Part shown: positions 36,960-47,800 of the stretch, piece after piece
How the letters are laid out: every line of letters begins with the position of its first letter
How positions within the stretch are numbered: position 1 is the stretch's first letter
Source: Tubiluchus corallicola
Taxonomy: Eukaryota > Animalia > Priapulida
NCBI GenBank assembly: GCA_030141605.1
Contig: JAQGDQ010000169.1
Location: 186,001-250,000, forward strand
Direction: 5' to 3'
Length of the DNA stretch: 64,000 nucleotides
The notes under the pieces: model-generated
The model's input: only the letters and a program-made list of their open reading frames with translations
Database searches by the model: none
What the model was told of the DNA's origin: nothing
Program-made: the position numbers and the translations under genes

Positions 36960-37750
36960 TTGGTGACCATGATAAAAATGAATGATAATGATGACTGCAA
37001 TGATTATAACAATAATATTGATGGCAACGATGAGAAAAAACTGAATAATGATAAAGATAATGACAACACTGATAATGATAGTCATAGCCATAGTGACCGT
37101 GATGATGGTTAGTATGGAACAGGAATAAAAATCACAAAAACAAAAAAAACCCAAAACAAGACAGAATGAGAAGAAAAACAAGCATAAGAAGAACATGAAC
37201 AGGAAAAACCACGCTAAGAAAAAAAGAAAAACAATTGCAGGCACAACAAGAACAATAACAGAATTTAAAGAAGATAGTGACGATATTGGCAATGATGATG
37301 ATAAAGGTAATATTGGTGATAACGGCGAAAAAGGAACAGGAAAAACCACAACAAATAGAATTACGAAGAACAAAAACTAGATTCCCCACAATATAAACAA
37401 GAACAATAAGAATTAAACAACAAGAACAAGTCAAAAAACGAAGAACTGGAAAGAGATGACTACTTAAGATGGTGGTGACAGTGATGATGATGACAGACGA
37501 GTACGGAACAGGAATAAGAACAAGAAAAACCACAAAACATGCGTGAAGAACAATTAGAAAACAGAAGTACACGAACAAGAAAACCAGAATTAAAGCAAGA
37601 ACAAGACAACAAAAACCAGAACAAAGGGAAGAACATGAAGAAGAAGCGGATAGTTGTGTTAATGATGATGAGGACGATGAAATGGTGATAAAAGTGATGA
37701 TGATGATGACAATGATGTTACAGTGACAATGACAATGGTGAACAGTATAT
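36960..37750. repeat. Composite degenerate microsatellite: alternating (GAT)n-like and (AAGAAC)n-like blocks, upstream of the NOP56 ATG exon
   Basis: GAT/AAT-rich blocks at ~36975-37110, 37265-37325, 37455-37500 and 37645-37745 alternate with AAC/AAGAAC-rich blocks. The junction AGTA(T/C)GGAACAGGAATAA is repeated. Confidence 0.85.
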
Positions 37751-40479
37751 CAATAAAAACCAGCATCAAAATGTAGTAAAAATAAACACGTATGTATTTT
37801 TGATATGAAAAACAATTTATTTTTTAATACACTTGACAAATTAGCATACGTGGAAAAGAGGTTTGTGGACTGGAGCGGGAATATATTATATATGCCTTGT
37901 TTATATGCACGACACAATGACACAGGGACACAAGTCATTATCAGATCATAGATATAATGGAAGTAAAAGTACAGATTAACGGCCATGCTAAATCATGATT
38001 GTGTTACCCTGTTTCAATAAAGACAATCGCTCATGCGTAGCTTCTTGTACTTTTTTCAGTGAGTAATGTATAGCAATGATCTGGAATCATAATGCCTAAA
38101 AACTATAATATCATCAAAAATTGTCCTATATTCTAAAAACATAGAAAATACTAGGAAGTGAAAAGTTGTGAGAGTGCAGAGATGCACAGTCTGCGAATTA
38201 GCAGAATTGCAGACACTGCTCAGCCATTTTTTTTATTTATATCTATTTTTCTTTGTAATATATTATTGGGATGAAAAATAAATGATTTGATTTTGATTTG
38301 TGGATCCACACTACTCACAGACCTAATGGTACCAGCCTCTTCCTTTAACACTGTTTGCAGATCCAGTTTAACAGATGGAATGTTAAATTTTCTGAAAACT
38401 CGAGTTCTTTTTAATGCACAGGCCAAAACCATGCGTAACTAGTTACTCAATAGCCAGCTTCACGCCTAACAAACCCTCACTGTGCACAAACGAATCTAAT
38501 CAAATTAAATTCCGTTTCAGAAATTGTTTTTATGGCCAATCTCAGCAAAATCGCGAATACAGTTACTGCATGGAATCTGCGAATTTCATACGCAACCACC
38601 TGAACCACGTCTGCGTATAAACATGTGGAGTTGTCAAAGCAGTTAATTAATACTACCATTAGTTAAACTTCTACCGTTATGTAAATAGTGTTGTAAAATC
38701 CTATATACTGCAATTTCACAAACAATGAACCACCAAAGACAATAACAAAACATATGACATATATTCAACTAGACTCCAACGAACCTACGTCTTGATATCA
38801 GCCATGCTTCTGGCGCAATTACAGAATTAGCGTAATAACAGCAACGCAACATCATTGGCAACGACGCCTTTCTTAATGGTTTGAGTTTGACTTACGGGCG
38901 TTTTACAGCCCTATAAGTCTGTAACTATCTCATTCAAACAAATAAGGACCTATATGGTAACTGTCTGTAAGCGCCCCTCTTTCAAATGTCTTTTGAAACT
39001 GTCAACTGATGAAAAACCAGTTAACTACAAGACTGTAGTAGGCAGTCAGTCGGGCAGTACTCCAGTAGGAAAGGCGTCTATCGCTATTATATAGCAGCAA
39101 ACTAGCAACATTAATTAATTTTTCAAAATGTTGCTTGTTAATAATAATTCGTGTACTATAATGTTACTGGCTTAAATAGTTATTTATTATGGAAGGTTTC
39201 GGGAGTTTTAGGACTGAATAATTTTTTGTTTACTTTTATATGTACTTTTACAAAAAAAAACATATGTACCATACATACTTATATACAAGTCGAATTTTTG
39301 GAAGACGATTTTAAGGCGAAACTTTTGGGGTTGACTTATACTTACGATATTTTTTTGGGAGATGTCGCCAAAGAGTCGTCTACAATACGAATACGTAAAG
39401 TAATAATCCTTCATTATACGCTTCATACGCTGGACTGAATGAACACTCATAGTGTGATACTTCACATCAGAGAATGTTCGCATCTTGATATTACTTCACA
39501 AGATTAACAAATATTACTGTATAATTATGTTAATGTATGTTAAATTAAGTTAAAATTATATATTACCGGTAAATAAACTACCGACGGAGCACTCGATCAG
39601 AACATCTATGTCTATGTCTATGTCTATAACATGGAAATCACCAATGTTATGCGTGTTTTATTGGCAAAATATCGATTACCAGCATACAGGCGTATATATA
39701 ACACAACTATGCAGAGGTATTAATTTTAGTAAATTATTTTTTTTCTTCAAATGGGAATGTGATGAACCGCAGGATTTAATTGCATCATTGCTTCATTACT
39801 CTGCCATTGTTGACATCATTTACTATGATCTTACTAATTTACTGAACATCTTAATATTTTATGATCGACTTGTACACAGGTAATATATAAAATAATGCAA
39901 TTTTTGGTCTTAAAATGCACATCGACTTGTACACACGTATACACGGTACTTCGTTTTTTATGATTATAAAAATTCATCGAAGTAAACAACAAAGTTGAAG
40001 ACACACAGCGCAGATAGGAGTGTACATTTGATGATACTCATTCGGGGCAGAGATGAATGGTTAAATACCCATTAAATTATACATTGCAAAATTTACTTAA
40101 CACGGACAAACACCATCATTCTATGAGGATAAAAGTAAAACAATCTATTAAAATGTAGATATTAAAATTTATACTGAACTTAATATGTGTTTGGCATATT
40201 TACGTCTTTATTCATAACAAAGATGGAGCTTGCCAATCTTTAATGTGAGAATTTTGCATAGAAATTACTTATGATGAGATTATGGCAAGTTTCATTATGT
40301 CACTTCGTATTTCAGTTAATTTTCCTCTATATTTGCGCCGCTTGAAAATTGTTTTAATCATATTGTAATTGTTGACAGAAATAACAAAACCTACCAATCT
40401 CCTAAAGGATTTAGGCCATGTCAGGATTTATTGCAAATTATTGTGAAATAACGATCTGTTGCGAGTGTACAGAATAACT

Positions 40480-41773
40480 TTCTCGTCCTGAATTATGATT
40501 CAAAAAAACTTCTATATTCTTCCCTATTTTCACCGTATTTAGAATACAGCATACTTACCTATGGCTCAGCACCCAATTCCACATTGTATCCCCTAATTAC
40601 AAATCAAAATAAATTTATAAAGCTTTGGACAAATACAAATAGAAGAGCCCATGTTACACCTTTATACCACCAGCATAAAATCTTAAAACTTCAGGATATA
40701 TATAAATTAGAGATGGCCCAATTTTTATATAGGTTTAAACATAATATGCTTCCTGAAATTTTTCAGAATTATTACAAATCTGTAGCCCAGATGCACGAGT
40801 ATCATACACGATTTGCCACTAACCAAACTTTCTATGTACATAGATTTAATACTAACAAAGGGCAAAGATCTCTATCTTATCAAGTTGCTTTGTTGTGGAA
40901 CAGCCTGTCTAATGAACTAAAAAATGGCACCTTTAGCAATTTGATAATTAACTATAAATCCTTTCTTATTTCTAATTACCATGTGTGACTTTTCTGCTAA
41001 GATTAAATCTGATAAATCTTCCCTGTTAGTGTTAATGTATTACCCTTGAGCTAATCTATTAACTATAATTATATTACCATACTACATCTTCTCATCAAAG
41101 TGTAAAATTGTTATTATTTCTTCGCAACTATGAAAAGGGAAAGTAAACAATAATCTTCAAATAAATCAAGCAACTGCAACAGTTTTCTCATACTTAATGT
41201 TTTATAACTGTGCCTGCTCCAATTATGTTTTTACTACCATATTATGCTTTTCTTACTTCATATATATTCACTTTATTATGATTCTTCTGCTCATTGTTTC
41301 AGAGTTATTATTAAGTTTTTATTATATTTTGTTTGAGTTTATTACTACATATTTTGTTTCTTTCACTGATTTATTATTTATGTTTTTTTTGGTTTGACTT
41401 TTTTCTATTTTTTTGTTTTAATCGGTTAGTTAAATGCTTTATATATTTTGTTAATCATCATTTCATATTTTTCATTTTATTTCTTTATCGCATAGCTTAC
41501 TTAGTTGTTTTGCTTTCATGTTTAATGTATCCCCCCATAAATTCATGTTAACAGCAGCACCACAAATTTTTTACAATTTTCACTAACCTGAGAAGGGTAG
41601 CTGACTTGATGACCAATTGGTCTTTCGCTACCCTTTCTCCTGCACGCCCTTAACTCTTTCCTTTATGCTTAATTTATCCTTTTTAATCAATAACTAAAAA
41701 ATAATAATTAGTCAATTTTTTTACAGGTGTAAATGAGGAGATAAATAAAAATGTCTATGTCTATGTTTATGTC
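40480..41773 (+). mobile_element. 5'-truncated LINE (L2/Crack-like clade): RT C-terminus, 3' UTR stem-loop and (ATGTCT)n tail
   Basis: Upstream LYYSLFSPYLEYSILTYG, then ORF 40584-40988 with HVTPLY..HKILKLQDIYKLE..F.Y.....LP..F..Y....H.Y.TR and LWNSL, typical of the region after the RT domain in these LINEs. Hairpin GAGAAGGGTAGC...GCTACCCTTTCTC at 41590-41639; AATAAA then ATGTCT repeats at 41744-41773. Confidence 0.8.
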
Positions 41774-41814
41774 CTGTGAATGCGTTCACCAAGACGTATT
41801 TCATTGCACTCAAA

Positions 41815-44800
41815 ATGGTTGCGTCCGTTTTGCATGCATTTGTGATTTTGTTCTTGTTGCTTCTAAATGTTTTTGATAGTATAATAACTTCTGAAGACAT
41901 AGATAAGGCTTTTACAGATAACCTTCCATTTCGAAACACATCTTTGCCGTGGGATGAGCGTGTAAACGATTTGGTTAGCCGTCTTAATTTACAAGATATT
42001 GTTTTACAACTTGCTAAAGGCGGTGCTGGAATTCACGGCGGTCCCGCTCCTGCAATTCCTTATCTAGAAATTGCGCCTTACCAATGGAACACAGAGTGCC
42101 TACGTGGAGATGTAGAAGCTGGCCCAGCTACTTCATTTCCACAAGCTATTAATCTCGCTGCTACCTTTAGGTATTACTGTTATGAATTTTTTTTTATTTT
42201 TTTGGCTTGACGTAATCCTCTTTGTCATCAAGTTTACCTTATTTTATAATTTGCTTACCTTTGAACAGATTAGCAAACGTTTTTTGGCAGTGCTGTGCAA
42301 AATCAATAAGTAGTTTGTGTTAAATTATAGTGCACTTGGTATCACTGTATAGGAAGTGGAAATTTGTCACACAAGTAGATTTTTTTATATTTTGGTTTAT
42401 GACTGATCTAATGTCTTCTAATTGAAAACTTGAAGCATGAAGATACATTTTTTCTGAGAAAGCCATAGTGGTCAGAGGCGCAACGTCTAATATCATGGTC
42501 AGTGACAGTCGACTACATATAATAGTGCAATCAAGTTAATTTTAATTTAAAGTGGTTGGTCAATGCTTACAGTGGAGTACAGTCATTTCCAAGAAAAGTT
42601 TTTTGCCAGTGAAATTTTCGCCCAACAAAAAAATTACTTCCCATAAAAGGCTTTTCCCAGAATTGCCATTTTTCAGAACCATCATTTCTTAAGAAATAAA
42701 ATTCACAGAAAATGTAACAAATCATTTTTAAATTGCAGTGATGTATTACACAATAAAAAGTAGTTTGATTTACCAAGTTTAGTAAGTGTTTGTTTTGCAA
42801 AGTAATTACAGTATTGATTAATAGGGATAAATTGATCAAATAATGTAGTCAACTCGTTAAAGCAAAATTAGGTTTGTAACATCAGAAGGATTAGGTAGTG
42901 AATCACGTTAATCTTTACACATAACTATAGTATTGATTAATAAGGATAAATTGATCAAATAATGTAGTCGACTCGTTAAAACAAAAAACTAGATTTGTAA
43001 CGTCAGAACGATTCGATAGCGAATCACGTTGATCTTTGACATAGCTATAGTATTGATTAATAGGGATAAATTGTTCAAATGATGTGGTCAACTCGTTAAA
43101 GCAAGAAGCTCAATTTGTAACGGCAGAACGATTAGGTAGCGAATCACGTTGATCTTTGCACATTCCCACGTTGATCTTTGCCTTTGAAAAAAGTAACCGT
43201 GATTTTTCTGTTAAGAAATCTTTCTGGGAAATGTTTTTTCTGTGAAACGAGTTTTCTAGGAAAAAAATTTCTAGCAGTTTTTTCCTGGAAAGTTATTTTT
43301 TTAGGAAATGGTTCTTCTATGAAAAATCTTTCTGGGAAACGGACCTATACCGCTTAGAGTATTTCAGTAATGTTTCATGCAGCTTAATTTTATGTTAAAC
43401 TGTGATTGGATTCCGTGAAAATGAATTGGTTGTAGAGGCCCACCCTTCCACTTCCTGGAAACTGGTACAAATCCTTTAACCTAATCCAAAATCATGGAAA
43501 GTGTCATCACGTAAATGATGTGTATAGATCACTGGATTTATCTGACAGTCTTAGCAGTATCTTGGAGGTCCGTCTGCCATGGTTTACTGTGAGAAAAATT
43601 CAAGGAATTGGTACCATTTTTACTTCCATCTCCAAAGATGAAATGCTCTGTTTTCCAAGAAATAGTATGACAGCTATGTAAAAGGATCCACGCTGTTTAT
43701 GGCAGCAGAAAAGAGATGTAGGAGACAGCTGAGCAAGACCTGGCAGGAGGTGATTACAGGGTTTACATGAGACAACTAATTAAACACCTTTACAGTTAAC
43801 TCCTTAAGTTGCCATAAGCAGAAAACTGTCCTCAACAAGTAATAACTGTTGTAAACTAACCAGTTGGATAATACAGAGACCTAAATAGATTGAGGATGAT
43901 GGTGAATATGACTCATAATTACCATCATCCTCGTGAGTTTTTTTTATTGTGCAGTTGCAATTTTATATTGGTTTTATGTTTCAGTGTAAGACTTGTGAGC
44001 AAAGTTGCTGAGGCCACATCTATTGAAGTGCGAGCTAAAAACAACAATTATACCAGCCATGGGCATTATGAGGATCACCAGGGTCTGAGCTGTTTTAGCC
44101 CTGTTATTAACATCATGCGTCATCCTCTATGGGGACGAAATCAGGTTAGGATAATAGTCATTCATAGCTTTCACTATTCTGAAAAAACAGAGCTAAATAT
44201 GCATTAAATGCATGTTTGTGCAGTTTATATATTGTTTATATGTTAAATTACTTAAATTGTTAAGTTAAGCTTATCGTAGGAGTTACTTATTGTAGGCATC
44301 ATGTCAGTTATTAATTTTGAAAAAAATGTAGTAATATGATTAAAATGCAAGGACAAATTTATAACACAATTTAATTTGAAATACATTATAGAATTTTATA
44401 CTTGCCTAGTAACTATTTATAATATTCCCGTTTGTTATTTTGAATATGCAGTTATTTTTATTAGAAGCTGTTTTTCCTCGCTCAGTTAAATATAGTAACA
44501 ACAAGACGAGTTAGTAGCACTAAGATAGCACCAATAATGCAACGTAGTAGAATAATGCAAGTTATTTTAATTATACTGGCTTGCCTTTTTAGGAAACTTA
44601 TGGTGAGGACCCACATCTCACAGGCAGACTAGCTGAAGCTTTTGTCAAGGGTTTACAGGGAGATCACCCAAGGTATATTCGTGCAAATGCAGGCTGCAAA
44701 CATTTTGATGTCCATGCTGGTCCGGAAAATATTCCTGTTCGCAGAGATGATTTCAATGCAAAAGTATGCGTTGAGTAGCCTAAGTTCTGTATTTGGTTCT

Positions 44801-47800
44801 TTTTCATACTTCCATACTTATATATTTCTAAGGATTTTGTTTACTGGTTTTGATTTTGCAAGGCCTTCACGCACCCATACATGGCTTATACACATATACA
44901 TACAATCATATTTTTTAAGTGCAGATTTTCTATTTTCTTCAATCACCAAATGCTATGTATGTGGACTTAACCACTAAAGTACAATTATTGCAAAGATTAC
45001 AGTTGCCTTATTTAGTTACAATGTAAGCATTTGATCAAATGTCCCATCTTGACGTAGCCAATCCCCTTCAGTTCTTCCCTGCCCATTCTCCATCTTCATT
45101 GTCGACCACGTTTTTTGATCGAACATCTCATTAATGTAGCTGTTACAATTTGGGTGGCTTATTCGTCCTCTGGCATTTAGGCTTGTGTGTGATGCTAATC
45201 CACATGTACTAACATTATTATGTAAATTCGTTTATATGTATTAGACTATATATAGGAAAATCAAGATAAACAATGCAGATAACAAGATAACAATACAGAA
45301 TGCACGTTTTTTGATCAAACACCTCATTAATATAGATGTAGCAATTTGGGTAGCTTATTTGTCCTCTGGCATTTAGGCTTGTGTGGGATGCTAATCCACA
45401 TGTACTAACATTATTATGTAAATTCGTTGATATGTATTAGACTATATATAAGAAAATCAAGATAAACAATGCAGATAACAAGATAACAATACAGAATGCA
45501 GGTCTGAAGCGCGTTAGTAAACTAATTTTTTTTCATATAATATGATTACATCGTATTAAAAATTATAAAATTATTAAAAGTGGAAAAACGTCTTTGAAGT
45601 CAGTACAGACTTATATGACCTCTATGTCACTTGTCTATCAATTATCATAGTTTGAAGGCAGTAAATGCTGGTAAAAGTTGACATACTGATTAAAAGAGTA
45701 AAATAATATTAATATTTTTTGTGATAAATTACAGCCATTCCTTCCTACACCAAAATATTCATTTAGTAAGTAGTAGTATATTTCTGTATTTGCAGTTTTT
45801 GCAGTTTGGCTTCCTTATATAGTTTACAATGCAAGTTTATAGATATATTTTATTTCATATAGGAACATTGTGGCTACCTTAACTGCTATGTCAGGATGAT
45901 GTGAATATTAAAAATACCTAATTTGTTTTTTTTTACTTTTACCTGCATCTACTGTCCTGATTACTTATTCATTTTTTTGTAATTTTCTCATTTTTTTCAA
46001 AATCCTATTTAGGTGACAGAGAGAGATTGGCATTTAACATTCCTACCTGCTTTCAAGGCGTGTGTTAGAGCTGGTACTTACAGTGTTATGTGCAGTTATA
46101 ACAGGTACTTACTTGGATTTTCATTGTGAAAATGAGCTCTTCTACATTTTTCAATTTTTGTTCAGTATATTTTGCCAATCGATGCTGTTATGACAGACTG
46201 CTTTTCTTAAAGTTAAATTTCCCTCTTTTCATTTAATATGTAGTAGATTTTTTTTTTGAAAAGTGATTGTGTTTTTTTCAAATTCTTTGCAACATTCCTG
46301 TTTTGTTTCTTTAGAATAAATGGTATTCCAGCCTGTGCCAATAAACACCTGCTAACAGACATTCTTCGTACTGATTTTGGTTTTACTGGGTATGTTGTAA
46401 GTGATGAAGGAGCAGTAGAGAATATTATTACTTGGCATCACTGGCTGAATAATTCCATTGATACTGCTGCAGCATGCATTAATGCTGGTACATTATTACA
46501 TTCACTTTTTAGGAAATGGGCAGCCATTTTCTTCATTGCCATATGCACTTTTCTGCAAATCTGTCTACACAGTTGAGCTTCATTTACTTATTTTTTATCT
46601 TGCAATCTGACATATCATGTATGGCTATAAAGCTTTTTTCTCTGAAAATGTGTATTTTTTGGGAAAAGCTACTACAATTTTTGTAATATACTTAATTGCA
46701 GATGTTTTTTTTATTAAAATCCATAAAAGATTAAAGAAATCTTTAAGACTCTTAAGAAGTTTTGTGATTAGTGTGGTATAAAGTTTCACTTTTAGAAATA
46801 TTTCAAAAGCTCATATTGCGAAATGTGCATCTGCTTTCATTCAGATGTGCTGTGTAGGACAAAAATTTAATAAAACTAAGGCTTTTTTTAACTTTTGCCT
46901 ACTGTCACATTTTCCAGGAGTGTTTTAATATTGCTAGAGGTAGTGCAGGCTACTTGCTTTGAAGACTGCAATGTCTGGGCTTCCAAAATGATATGAATAT
47001 TGTTAAATTATTGTAACACTAATTTATCATAACTGTGTAATGTGCAGATATTGCATCTCTTTTATTTTGATGTTTTTCTTTCATAATTTCTGTTATTTGT
47101 TAACCGTAGAGAACATTGGTATGTTTTTGCCTGCGCTTTGGTAATGCAATTGGCTGTTTATGATTAGCATTTACTGGAAAAACAAAAACAGAAAAACAAT
47201 ATATAAAATATTTTAGATATAATATTGTAAATATTTAATGTAGAAGGCGGCATGTACCTAGTAAAGGTATTTCTGCACCTTTAATAATTAGGTGAGGGTT
47301 AAGGGAACTAATATTTATTGCTTTAGTTCTATTTGGACCCAATATAATAAGAAATTTTGTACTGTTAAAGGTTTAAATCTGGAATTGTCTGGAAATAAAA
47401 AAGATAGTGTTTTTACCTACTTAACAAAAGCAGTGAAGATGGGCAAAGTCTCGACGAAAACTATTCAAGAGCGAGTGAAGCCATTGTTTTATACAAGAAT
47501 GAGGTTGGGTATGCATTCACGTCTATCATTACACTGCTTTTATGTTGGTATAATCTAAAAAAGTCTGAGGATGGTAGCAGTTTTTTAAAAAAGTGACAAA
47601 TAGTATTAAAAGATTATTTTTTATTGTATTATGGCTAGTGCTTTAGTAAGTTTACATTATAAATTTTATGTATTGTCGATATACATGAAATTCAAATGTT
47701 GAGATTATGGTAAAATGGTTTTTGATACCAGTTTTTAGATTAGATTTCGAATTGAAATGCCATAAATTTACCTACAGAATTTAGGAAAACAAATACTTAT

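Noticed and set aside
36954-37578. 139-aa and 148-aa hydrophobic ORFs on the minus strand that look like membrane proteins
   Set aside because: They are translations of the GAT/AAGAAC microsatellite, with no splice or motif support.
42810-43180. Regularly spaced repeats considered as a CRISPR array
   Set aside because: Whole units repeat without unique spacers, the context is a eukaryotic intron, and there are no cas genes.
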